Origin: Magallana gigas
Lineage: Eukaryota
Length of the DNA stretch: 64,000 nucleotides
Direction of reading: 5' to 3'
Assembly: GCF_963853765.1 (NCBI RefSeq)
Contig: NC_088861.1
Span: forward strand, 48,980,001 to 49,044,000
Below are positions 10,506-22,784 of this stretch, one piece after another (within the stretch, counting starts at the first letter, position 1; each line of letters begins with the position of its first letter). Below the pieces are notes generated by a model. That model saw only the letters and a list, made by a program, of their open reading frames with translations. It was not told where the DNA came from and made no database searches. The position numbers and the translations under genes are program-made.

Positions 10506-13500
10506 ATGATCTACCTGTCAAACATCGCGTTGTCGTATACCAATGTCGTCATTTTGTTTCTCCATTTGACTGAAACGTCACATTCCTATGGTGAGTGAAG
10601 AATTAATATGCTTTTATTATGGCATTTGGCTTTTGTGTAGGAAATATTAAGTACGAATATCTTAAACCTACTTTTATTTTAATGATTGTATATATCGCTT
10701 TTTTTAATCAATTCGACAGAGTTTATCGTATTATTTGTTTGACTGCAAATGGTAGTGTATAATCCTATTTATATCATATATAGTAATGTGTACAGAGTAA
10801 TATTCACCACCGTTTATTTTCACCCCTTTCAACCTCACTGCCAGCGAATTTAAGACTTGACGAATTACAATGTATCATATTATTTTTTTAAACAGAAGTC
10901 TGTCTGGGCGAATTCTAGGCGAAATTTTGTACAAGTGTAAAAGAGCGAAAATGACACGGGGTGAAATTAACCCTGTATGTAAAAGATTGCATTGCACTGC
11001 ATCAAACAATATTGTAATGTTATTTGTTGATACATGAATATATATATAAGTTAATCTACATTGAAATAATGACATTTAATGACAACGAACAGTGTCTAAA
11101 ATCAAAATTTAAAGGGGCATGGTCACGATTTTGGTCAATTTTTTTTCTTTAGATTTTAATGTTTACAATGAATTAGTAAGGCGTATTTAATAGACAACCA
11201 AAATTTTAGTGTCATTTGATAAGTTATAAGCGAGTTACAGAGCTTACCATTCTTCGCTATGTAAACAAAGCGTTTGTTTACATATCGAATTTCCAGTTTT
11301 AGACCCAAAATAAATGTGTTAATCGTTAGGAAATATTTATCTATGCTTTAAATGAATAATAAGATAGACAAAGCAGCTTTAAAAAGATATTTTCCTGGTA
11401 TATTGAACCTATGTAAACAAAAACAGGGCACGAGCGTTGTTTACATGACGAAGAATTGTGAACCCTGTATCTTGCTTAAAACTCAACGACTGGCACCATA
11501 ATTTCATTTAATCATTAGAAATGTATTCCTAAAGCATTCCAAATAATAAAAACAGAAAAATAAAATTTGACCAAAATCGTGACCATGCCCCTTTAAAAGG
11601 AGAAATGCAAAACAGGTGCAGGGCAAACACTGACTACTAAAGTATTAAAGAAAGGATCAGGTGCCATGGAGGAGTAAGCATCCTCTGTTGATCGTCCACA
11701 CCCCCTGGTTGTCGTAATCGGGAAAAACGTAAAAATCCGTAGACAATTAAGTGATAAATTATGTTCCAACATTAGGTATGAAAAAACGTCAGTCAGCATG
11801 CCACCCTTTGGAAAATTGTATTTGCTGATAAGTCAATTACAACAGAAAAACGTTTGCAGAAATAATATTAGATTGCATAAATGGTTACTTGACATTGAAC
11901 CATTGTAAAATGGCTGGACTCTGTCTGCAAAATGATATTGTACATACAACAAAAGCAAACAGCAAAATAATCACTATAGCCAAGTCTAAAATTGTTTTGT
12001 CTAAATAATTGTTAAAGTTTACTTAAAGTTTTGTTATCGAATAACATACGGAAAGTTCTATATTACTTAAGTTCAGCATAACACTGGAATTGTTTAAGTC
12101 ATATTAAACGAGAATTATAACATTGTCAAACGATGTACATGTATAAAAACGAATATTCAAAAGATATACATTAGTAACACGATGCGAAAGTATAACATTG
12201 TGGTAATGCATTACATCAATTTAAATAAAAATATGATCTTGCATGAAATGTATTTACTTTAAATGATACTAATTGGTAATTCTCAATTCAGAATACATAA
12301 CTGAACTTTGTTTTGATATCATAACATTTTGCTTGTTTTCTATCTTAGAAGCAATGACACAAATGCTACAAATTCAATGTTACAAAAAATAAGATTAAAA
12401 GAAATCATCAACTTTAAGAATACAAGTTATTTAACTAAGGAACATCTCGCAAATAAATGTTATACAGAACGACAATAATGTAAGGCCTTTTGCACAAAAA
12501 TATGACTGACCGAAATTAATAAATACTCTTTTTAATCATTTAAGTAAAAAATCAAAATATCAAAATAAATTTTCGCCATAATAATTTCAATTCATATTGC
12601 TTGAACTTCTCATGGTTGACTTTATTTTACTTTTTTTTTTATAAAAAAAGGTAAACAACGAACTTGCAAATAATTTATTGAATTTTTTTTTACAGCACAA
12701 TGTCAAAAATGAGTAGGGGTTAATCTATTGCTAGGTTTGAAATTTAATAAGTCCGTTTGCACTGTCTAATATGAATATTTCCGCAGAGAGATATTCAGCA
12801 CGCTATGTTAAACATCCACAGTGAAAGGAAACAAAACCGCAAATATTGTTTAAAGAAGTTTCATTACATTAAGTCATTTTAATTGAAAGTAATGTCAATT
12901 GCAATGGGGAAACCTTTGCTTCTCATACGTTTTGTTTAAGATGGTCACCCGGAATAGTTCAGAGTATCTGATTTTTATAAGGACGTATTTTCTTTTTACA
13001 CGAAATACAATATAATTCAAAAACGCTTAACAACACTCATCTATTGATACTTTTGAATACTCATTTTATCTTTAACATTTTTATTACGCACTTTTTATAC
13101 ATATTGTACAAATTATTAAAACTACGCATTTCTTGTTTGAGGTCAATGAATGAACTCAGATATCATTTTTGCCAGTCGTAAGGTGCAATCTTTTAAAAAA
13201 ATGCAGTTTATTTTATCGAAATATTTAGCGATTCATATATCATCTTTTTTTATTTGAATTATACATAAGAAATAGAGAGAGACACTTAAAACTTCTCGAT
13301 GCCGTCCTAAATAGGAGTGAGAGGGAGTTAGCTATAAAATTAATGGAATTTAAAAATGTACCTTTAATATGCATATCTAATGAAAAACATAAACGGATAT
13401 TCTCAATGATTAAAGGTGCCTCAATTATAATTGTAGTTGTTATGGCCCAACAGCTTCTAGTGTTAAAGCGTGACTCGAAAGTCCTTCTTTTAAAAATGGT

Positions 13501-13605
13501 ATTGCTCTTTTTTTTAATATGTAATCGTTGTAACATTTTTTTTAGAAATGGATACAACAGTTATGTTCTAAAAAATCTTCACCATGGCGTATGGATTAAA
13601 GGTGT

Positions 13606-13670
<65 letters not shown>

Positions 13671-16600
13671 GTCTGATAGCAAAAAAGAAAATTTATAACA
13701 TGCGCAGGTTGAACAAGAGAGATAAATTCATAGTTACGAATTGTATGAAACATTGCTCTTTTGTTAAAGCTATTACCTTTGATTCTACGTAGAATCACTC
13801 CACATTTAGATGTTTCTAAATAAGGACTAATAGGTGGGTTGGATTCATTTTTTCTTACATTTGCATTTGCGCTACCAGTTCCCTAACTCATATTGCCAAA
13901 CATTCACATTTATATTCATCCACCTTTTTAGGATACATTTATGCGTTGTTAAAATGCATAAATAATTGTCCTTGCTGATTTATTAACAACCCACAAAAAA
14001 TGAAGATAAAAAATCCCTTTAACTACTAAACTAAACTAAAATGTATCTCACAGATACTAGTAGTGACTTCCTCTATTTTAACAAAAAAAAACCAGTTTCA
14101 TTTAATAGCCATAAGGCATAATTATATGATGTAGTCACACAAAGTTGATTGTTGCCCACTCTGCTTAGTCAAAGATGTGATAAATAAAACCTATTAAAAG
14201 ATGTCTTCTTCAGTGCGTCTTCTTTTTGCAGTTAATGTTGCCTTGTATAAACCAGCATACCAAAAGCACCCTGCGTACCCTGGCTATGACGAATATGACG
14301 CCAGTAACGCTGTAGATGGGCTCAGGTCAGACCTCAGATGGGAGGGAAAACAATGTGTCGTGTCACGTGGTTCTGATACCGCCACCTGGTGGGTCAACCT
14401 GACCACTATCTACAGCATCCATCACATCACGATTTACTACAGAACAGAAGGCACCACATGGGGTATTCTGAACTTCATTGTATATTGTCCTATGCAGTCT
14501 GTGGAATACAAATTCTAATTAGCATTTACTGTGTCCTGTTTATGTTTAACATTTGGCTGTTTATACACGTAGCATTTTCGGCGGAAAGTTGTTGTCACTA
14601 AGTTATGTACATATCTAAATAGCGTGAACATATAAAAATGAATTGGTGCTTTCTGAAATAAGCTCATACCACGTAAACTTCTTGAAAAAGCACTTGCCGC
14701 TTAATGTACATGCTAAATATACTTTGTCTACAGCATTAATTCTTTTTGCCCGGACGAGAGCAAACATGTTTTTATTATGTAAGCTATTTTATATATTTCA
14801 GTCATGTTTTTGCAAAAAATAAAAAAAGATTACAGCAAGAATTTCTAATAAAAATTATGCATATTGTATTCTATGCGATATTTAATTGATCGCTAAATAC
14901 CCCAATGATTATTAGATTAATAATTTGATATTAATTGGATACAATTTTTTATTCAATATACCCGAAATTGTTCTTTTTGTGCTATAAATCAAAATCGATA
15001 TGAAGCATAGTTTTGATTGTCAAACCTACGTTTCAAAAGTATTAATTTTATCATGCATTGTTTCTGAATTGTCTATTTCATAGTTTAATTTTTTTTCCAG
15101 GTAGCAATACATTTTTACCGGCAAGCTTTTTGGGATTTTCGATCTATATCTCGAACACAACAGACATTCTACAGGGGAAGTTGTGTTTCAAGGACAGGAA
15201 CTTTACACTTTACACAATACCTGCTGTCATAACAGTCACCTGTCCTGTACATGGACAATACGTCATATATTGCAACGAGAGGCTCCCACGGGTTTTTCAC
15301 CCGGACGGCTATTCTGTGAACGCCTACAATGATCTTTGTGAAGTGGAGGTGTTCGGTAATTAGTTTTTAAAGGGATAAATAGTCGTGGCCATCATTACAG
15401 TATAGTTAACTAACTTTAAAAATGAGTTATGTTTAGAAATATAAGAATTTTTTTCAAAAGGACTACGTGCCGTATTTTGCATTTTTTGCCCCCAAAATTA
15501 AAGTTTGATAAAACTCTTTAAAAAAAAGGTGGAAAATAATTGAAATCAAATCAAAAATAAGTGTGTAAAAGGTTATCACTATAGTGACGGTATAATGCAA
15601 AGATGACGTCATGAAGATCGTCTTATTTTGCAAAAATGTATGTTTTGTAGCAAAATATGGGTGTTTCCCGATGGTTTTTCTACTGGAAAACATCGAGCGC
15701 AGGCTTCTTCAAGCACTATTTTTAGTATGTGTATAAATATATTAAAAACATCATATGTTATATTTGTACTTGAGCAGACCTGCGCTCTATACTTTCGAAT
15801 GCAAAATATAAAGAAAAAAATGACAATATTTTCATTTGTTTGCAAATTTGCGGGAATTAGGTCATATTTAAGACGTCATAGAAAAACACAGCGAATGAAC
15901 AACAAAGACTTAAATCAAGATTAAAATGTTAGGCATCATCCTTACTTTGATTTATACAGATTTGATTTTTATAAGATAGTATTTAAAAATTTGAAAAAAA
16001 AAATGGGGAAGATATTTGACCATACCGAATATAGTCCTTTTTATAGATGATCTATTTTGATTTCTTCTTACTCTATATTTAGGTGTAAAATCATACCTAC
16101 AATGTAAAGTTATCTAAAAGGTATATTTTCTGACTAAACAGCCTCTGTGAATATCAGCAACTATTCATTCAAGTATATTTATAATTAATGTAAACTTAAT
16201 CAAAAAAATCAAATAAAATTTTATCTTCTATCTTAGGTTGCCCAACAAGTGGATATTATGGATCCAACTGCTCCCTCCCCTGTCCAGACGTAAACTGTCG
16301 GTTCTGTCACATAGAGACGGGCACCTGCCAAGGCTGTAAACCTGGATATCAAGGTCAACGTTGTGAATTAGGTAAACTAATACACTGTCACCATCAAATA
16401 ACGATACAAACACAATGTTATTTCGTTACATATGTGCTTTCGTGAAACCAAAAAATCAACAAATGTTTGCTTTGCACATTTATGACAGTTTGATTAATTC
16501 TAAAAACAACATGGATACTCACCAAACCCTGCTTTTGAGCCGTTGTAAGAAAAACATTTCAATTGCTTTAGTAATGAAAGAAACTGAACATATTCATGAC

Positions 16601-19600
16601 GTTGTTTTTAAAATATTCGAAAAGAAAAACTAAATTTAAATATCACTGTCTTAAAGTTTGATTTGTAATTTTAATTTCACAGAATGCTCAAATGTTAAGT
16701 TCGAGGACGGTTGTCACCGAGATTGTGGATATTGTAGAAATATGTCACTTTGTCACCACGAAAACGGCGCATGCCCAAACGGATGTGAACCTGGATATAA
16801 ACAATACGATTGTAAACAACGTAAGTCAGACTATCCTCACATCATTCTCACTTTAAGATACATTACCTTTTCTGTTAATATAAGCAATACTTTCAACTCC
16901 CCCAAAAAGGAAGATTGAATCGTAAAGACATTTCAGTAAAATTAAGTTATGCAGGTGAACGGTAGCAATGCAATTAAATAAACTATCAAGCTATCTAGTA
17001 CATTTTTTTAACATGATAAATAGATTATCAACAATCTTCTTCAAGGTATGTGTACATAAAAGTATTGGAAAATCGAGCAAAACAGACCCCCCCCCCCCCT
17101 CAAAAACAAAAAATAAATAAAAAAATAAGAATAAAAACAAACACCAAAAAACCTCCCAAAACAAGACAAAACGTGAAACACACTTGTAGCATCAGAATGT
17201 CCCTTACAAAATTATTTATTTAATTTTCTATACAAAACATAAATTTTAAGAGAGTGTCATATTGCAAGAGGATAAAAAGTCCAGGCGAGATGTACAGACG
17301 ACTTTACTAAAAATTAGAATGAAATAAATAATGTGGCAATTAAATGATGAAGACGTTTCTGTGTATCTAAGTTCATCAATGAAAATAAATGAATATAATT
17401 TAAGTTTTGCAATAAATATGATATAAGCATGTGGTAACATTACATAAATAGAAAAAAATCCCACACAAAATGTGTTAATTGTTTTTCGTTTTTTTATAAC
17501 ACATGTAGCTTGTGACAAAGGATTCTACGGGGTTGATTGCAATAAAACGTGTGGTAGTTGCCTCGATGTCAGCCAATGTTTCCACATAAATGGGACGTGT
17601 TTGACTGGATGTTCTGCTGGTTATCAAGGGGAATTTTGTAAAACACGTGAGTACATTTATATGGATATAGAATTCATAAAACATTTCATATACTTTTAGA
17701 AATCATTTCAGCCCTATTTTGTTACGTTGTTGCAGCTTTAAACAATTCTTAAACAAAACAATACCTGAATATTATCAATTTGACAGCTTGTACCAGAGGA
17801 TCGTACGGCATTCACTGCAACGAAACTTGTGGTCACTGTTTCAATGGGAGCCAGTGTTCATCAATAAATGGGTCGTGTCCACGTGGGTGTGATACTGGTT
17901 ATACCGGGGACCTGTGTACAACAAGTAAGTACCGGGGACCTGTGTACAACAAGTAAGTACCGGGAACCTGTGTACAACAAGTAAGTACCGGGGACATGTG
18001 TACAACGATTAAGTACCGGGGACCTGTGTACAACAAGTAAGTACCGGGGACCTGAGTACAGTAAATAAGTACCGGGGACCTGTGTACAACGAGTAAGTAC
18101 CGTACACCTGTGTATGGTAAGTAAGTACCGGGGACCTGTGTACAACGAGTAAGTACCGGGGACCTGTGTACAACGAGTAAGTATCGGGGACCTGTGTACA
18201 ACATGTAAGTACCGGGGACCAGTGTACAGCGCGTAAGTATCGGGGACCTGTGTACAACGAGTAAGTACCGGGGACCTGTGTACAGTAAGTAAGTACTAAG
18301 GACCTGTGTACAACAAGTAAGTACCGGATACCGGTGTACAACAAGTAAGTACCGGGGACCTGTGTACAACAAGTAAATACCGGGGACCTGTATACAACAA
18401 GTAAGTACCGTACACCTGTGTACAGCAAATAAGTACCGGGGACCTGTGTACAACAAGAAAGGACCAGGGACCTGTGTACAACAAGTAAGTACCGGGGACC
18501 TCTGTACAACAAGAAAGGACCGGGGACCTGTGTACAACAAGTAAGTACCGGGGACCTGTGTACAACGAGTAAGTACCGGGGACCTGTGTACAGTAAGTAA
18601 GTACTCAGGACCTGTGTACAACAAGTAAGTACCGGATACCGGTGTACAACAAGTAAGTACCGGGGACCTGTGTACAACAAGTAAGTACCGGGGACCTGTG
18701 TACAGCAAGTAAGTACCGGATACCTTTGTACAAGTAAGTACCGGGGACCTGTGTACAACAGGTAAGTACCGTACACCTGTGTACAGCAAGTTAGTACCGG
18801 GCACCTGTGTACAACAAGTAAGTACCGGGGACCTGTGTACAACAAGTAAGTACCGGACACCTGTGTACAGCAAGTACTCAGGACCGGTGTACAACAAGCA
18901 AGTTGATAGGGTATCTACATATACAACTGTTAGGATAACTTTGTCATACATTTCTGTTTAACTGTAAGCCAACATTATTTCGCAATTTAAGGAGATAAAC
19001 TGTCTCATGGTACCCAACTTTAGCAAAATATTTTAACTTTAGTATACAAAAGATATTGAATGAATGGTGTGAAGCAATAAGTGTTGGCGCTGACGATTTT
19101 CACGCATATCTTGCGAAAATTGCTCGCACGTAAAAATAGTTTGGTTTGCAGTATCTAACCATTTATAAAATGTGAAATCTTATAACGGGTACTATTTTGG
19201 GGTTATGATAGGTTGTGCCTATGGAAAGTATGGCAATGAATGTAAGGAAGAGTGTGGACATTGCCGTTATGTGAAACAGTGTGTCCATAGCAATGGTTCG
19301 TGTCTCACCGGATGTAGTGATGGTTTCCAGGGGGAACTGTGTAAAACACGTGAGTACATTCCAACTATACTATTTATTAAAAGTTTGGACATCCATACTT
19401 TTAAGTTAAAACACATTGAGTTAACAAATGCATATATTTGAAAAACCGTATATCCGGTTATTTTTACATTATCTAATTTTCGCTACTAGAAATATCCCGA
19501 ATCGCTGAAATGACTGACGCAAAAATGAGAAAATATTATCTATCCTACTTTTGAAAATTTTGTGACACGCGTATAAAAATCCGGGTATACAGTATACACA

Positions 19601-22600
19601 TGTAAATAAAAGTATAATCAAATGTAATAATTCAAATTAAAGGTTGCGACAAAGGACGTTACGGGGTTAACTGTTCAGAAAATTGTGGAAACTGTGCAGA
19701 CATGAGCAAGTGCTTCCATGTGAATGGCACGTGTTTGACAGGCTGTGAGGCCGGATTTCAGGGTGAACTTTGTAAAACACGTAAGTATAAACCAACCAGA
19801 ACTCAAGTTTTTAAATGTATAAAGGAATATCATAATGATCGAAAAATTGGTTTAACTTATACTTGAGAATGTTTACTGTTCGGCAATGTCAGAGGATATA
19901 TGTATGATTATATAAACACAAGGTTGTGATAGCAACCTATACGGAATTAACTGCAATGAAACCTGTGGGAACTGTCGTTATGACGACCAATGTCTGAACA
20001 CAAACGGAACGTGCTTATATGGATGTGCCGATGGTTATAAAGGCGACCTATGTAAAATTCGTGAGTACATGATATTGTTATTCATGCTTATGTCCACATA
20101 TAGATATTTGATATATTGTCCTACTTTATTTTTGTTGTATATGTCTTTTTAACTTGAAAGGTTGTCAAATTGTACGGTATGGGGATCAGTATATTTGAAT
20201 GAGAAAGAAACGTTGTTAATTTTGTAAAGGGATAATGTAAATATATATTCTCACACTTATTCTTGTCATGGAAATGTCTGTTTGATATGACAGCCTGTGA
20301 GAATGGACGGTATGGGGATCAGTGTAGTGAAATTTGTGGACACTGTCGCGACCTTACCCAATGCTCTCACATTAACGGAACCTGCTTAACCGGATGTAAG
20401 CCTGGTTACCAAGGAAAACTATGCAAACCACGTGAGTAGGTTAAAAACGTAACGCTTTGTAAGCAGAGAAGATGTATAGTTATGAATAGGTACACTGAAG
20501 GTGAACAGTTAGGTTTGACTGCTGGACAACCGGTAAGCTAAACAGAAAAACTGAAAATATGCTGAAAAAAAGATGAACGCTTTCTGTTTGGTTCCAAATG
20601 AAAAACATAAAGATGTCTCTCTTCACATAATCAAACATGTATTTTATGTATCTTATTCGCCTATTCATATTAAAGCACAATTTTTGCTTTTTGCATTTAA
20701 ATATTTCATTTTATTATCAATCTTCAGTGTGTAATTTTAAGTCCAACACATCAAACGAAGAGTGCATATTTTGCCTCGGTAATTGCAAAGATGATTTACC
20801 TTGCAACAACTTGACAGGGATATGTGCGAACGGATGTAAGAACTATTGGACTGGGGAATTCTGTCAAGGTGTGCAGTTTGTATCCTCTGTGTCTTTTTCT
20901 AAAGATATTTTATTTATAAGTAAAAACTATTACGCAAATTGACTTCTGATTACTTATGCTATAAATAAAAACAATCTTTAAATTGCAAAATAAGGGCTTG
21001 CTCTTTGTTTGAACATAAAGAACAAAACTACCAAAAATATATGTTAAAAAGCTTTTATGTTTCATAATAAAGTCCAAACGCTTACATGTAATCAGACCAA
21101 TCCATATTATAAATGCAATTAAATGTACCCATCATAAGGAAATCTCAGTTGAATTTTCTGATATTTATTTTATTTTATTTTTTGTGTGTGTTTATATTCT
21201 TATTTTGTTACGTATAGATTGCACAGTTGGTTTTCATGGAGAAGACTGTGATAAGAAATGTGGACAGTGTGTGGATGGAATGCCATGTAATGTTTCATCT
21301 GGTGTTTGTCCATCGGGGTGCCAAAACTACTGGGTAGGACCAATGTGTACAGGTAAATATAAATATAATGACCAATATGTTTATCAACAAATAAGATAAC
21401 ATTAATTTTAATTTAATTCTGATCTCTGTATATCTTAATGTTTTTCCATGGTTTTCTTCTTGGTTTTGCATTAGCTGTTAGGCAATTTACAGTGTAAACG
21501 GTTAGGTAAATAAGGTTGCCGATGTTTTAATTTACGTGTTTATACGCTAAAATGTAACCAATACCATATTAGATAAAGCGCACATAAAAAACCCAACAGA
21601 CTATTGATATATTTTTGCAGATCGGAACTAATAGCTAGAAAACAGACTACTAAAAACAAAAATCAATCGAAATTTAATCATTTCTCTTTTTATACGAAAA
21701 AAAAATCAATTATAAGGTTAAACCTTTTAGAATGCTTGCCTTACAAGTACGGTCCAAATTGCTCGTTGGACTGTGGTCATTGTAAAAATGCTAGATCATG
21801 TTCCTGGATGACTGGAAAATGTGCAGATGGATGTCAACAAGGTTGGACTGATGCTTTTTGTTTAACAGGTATGAGTACATGTTAGATCGTTTCCGTTTCA
21901 AACAGTAAGAAATAGGCTTGGGACAAATCATATATATTAATTTTTGATATATTTATATTTTTAGCGATTTCAACAGACATTTTAGTAACAAAAAGTAAGT
22001 TATATTTGCAATTCAAAAAAGTAAGATCTTACAAATTTCTTTATACCTTGAGGGAAATGGTCACCATTTCGGTCGAAATTCATTTTTCCATTTTAAATGT
22101 TTACAGTGCTTCAGTAATCTACCAAAATTTTATTGCCAGTCGTTACCTTTTTTTTTGCTATGTAATCAAAGTCCGGGAAATGTTTGGTTAATATGTTAAT
22201 GCTAAAAAGTGAAAAACGATGTGAACTGTTTATTAATGTTTAAAACGAATAAGAAGATAGATATATAATCTTGAAAAAGAACTTTGACCTGTTTATTAAA
22301 CCAACGAAAAAACAAAAATATGGCACGAACCTTGTTAACATAGCTCTGTATCTTGCTTATGACGCTACGGCTGACCCTTACATTTTTGTTGATAGCTGGA
22401 AATGCATTACTGTTGCATTGCAACCGATTAAAATAGAAATACAAAATTTGACAAAAATAATGATCATGTCCCTTTAAAATTACGATATCAATATCCTTAC
22501 TGTTCTTTATTTTAGGCGAAGGGATATCGACCCTATATCTCTATGCCATCATAGGTGCTCTCGCCATGTTTCTATTAGTAGCCATTGCTGTCATTTTCCT

Positions 22601-22784
22601 TAAGGTAAGACGGAAGTCAACAAATCCTTACCATAAACATCCCACTGACGACGCCAAGCCAAACATTCAGAATGTTTTGAACCATTATGACAGCCTCAAC
22701 AGACCCGGGGGAATGAATATTTACTTTTCATTGGAACCGAAAAAACAAGAGTCGCATTATGAAGATATTAACATAACCATGTGA
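10506..22784 (+). CDS. Gene B: signal peptide + F-type-lectin-like (FTP/F5-8 type C) domain + 11 EGF/laminin-EGF-like repeats + TM + tyrosine-motif tail (MEGF10/11- or SREC-like receptor), about 784 aa
   Basis: Exons 10506-10590, 14232-14462, 15101-15355, 16237-16371, 16683-16820, 17509-17646, 17787-17924, 19212-19349, 19643-19780, 19923-20060, 20294-20431, 20728-20868, 21218-21352, 21731-21868, 22516-22784. All introns are GT-AG in phase 1 and the joined ORF (2355 nt) has no internal stop. Confidence 0.85.
10789..10980. mobile_element. Degenerate small MITE with TTTTCRCC-rich imperfect TIRs
   Basis: Left TACAGAGTAATATTCACCACCGTTTATTTTC roughly mirrors right GAAAATGACACGGGGTGAAATTAACCCTGTATGTA. 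Confidence 0.4.
11113..11592. mobile_element. Kolobok-like non-autonomous DNA transposon (480 bp), TTAA TSD
   Basis: TTAA|AGGGGCATGGTCACGATTTTGGTCA ... TGACCAAAATCGTGACCATGCCCCT|TTAA: perfect 25-bp TIR. Homologous to 57889-58381 in the opposite orientation. Confidence 0.85.
11600..11710 (-). mobile_element. Probable 3' UTR fragment of a widespread bivalve non-LTR retroelement
   Basis: Minus strand GGGTGTGGACGATCAACAGAGGATGCTTACTCCTCCATGGCACCTGATCC resembles a motif I recall from bivalve retroelement 3' ends; not verified by search. Confidence 0.3.
13609..13668. repeat. (AG)30 microsatellite
   Basis: Perfect dinucleotide run. Confidence 0.97.
14232..15355 (+). CDS. Gene B F-type-lectin-like domain exons (14232-14462, 15101-15355)
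   Basis: NVALYKPAYQ...ASNAVDG...C...ATWWVNL...ITIYYR...FLGFSIYISNTT...C...C...GQYVI...LCEVEVFG: the N-terminal, central and LCEVEV signatures of the fucolectin/FTP fold. Confidence 0.85.
15456..16041. mobile_element. Possible old MITE with short imperfect TIRs
   Basis: AAAAGGACTACGTGCCGTAT at left versus ATACCGAATATAGTCCTTTT at right (10-bp perfect end plus partial match). Confidence 0.35.
17903..18898 (+). repeat. 28-bp minisatellite (about 35 units) derived from the last 22 nt of an EGF exon plus its GTAAGT splice donor
   Basis: Unit ACCGGGGACCTGTGTACAACAA|GTAAGT; unit 1 (17903-17930) spans the real exon/intron junction at 17924/17925. Confidence 0.95.
20161..20199 (+). pseudogene. Relic 5' fragment of an EGF exon
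   Basis: AG|GT TGT CAA ATT GTA CGG TAT GGG GAT CAG TAT ATT TGA shares ACGGTATGGGGATCAGT with the next exon (20294). Confidence 0.5.
22516..22784 (+). CDS. Gene B terminal exon: TM helix and cytoplasmic tail with YDSL-x8-YFSL-x8-YEDI
   Basis: TTTTAG acceptor; LYLYAIIGALAMFLLVAIAVIFL followed by KVRRK; three tyrosine motifs; TGA at 22782-22784. Confidence 0.85.

Noticed and set aside
13240-13798. Overlapping ORFs with ERERER / SLSLSL runs
   Set aside because: Built around the (AG)30 microsatellite in AT-rich intron 1 of gene B; no domain features.
17903-18898. CRISPR-like appearance of a 28-bp direct repeat array
   Set aside because: Units are contiguous with no unique spacers, no cas genes are present, the context is eukaryotic, and the unit derives from an exon/intron junction.
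17899-18951. Long minus-strand ORFs (350 and 283 aa) of YTGPRYLLVVHRSPVLTCC repeats
   Set aside because: They are translations of the 28-bp minisatellite, antisense to an intron; no independent coding evidence.
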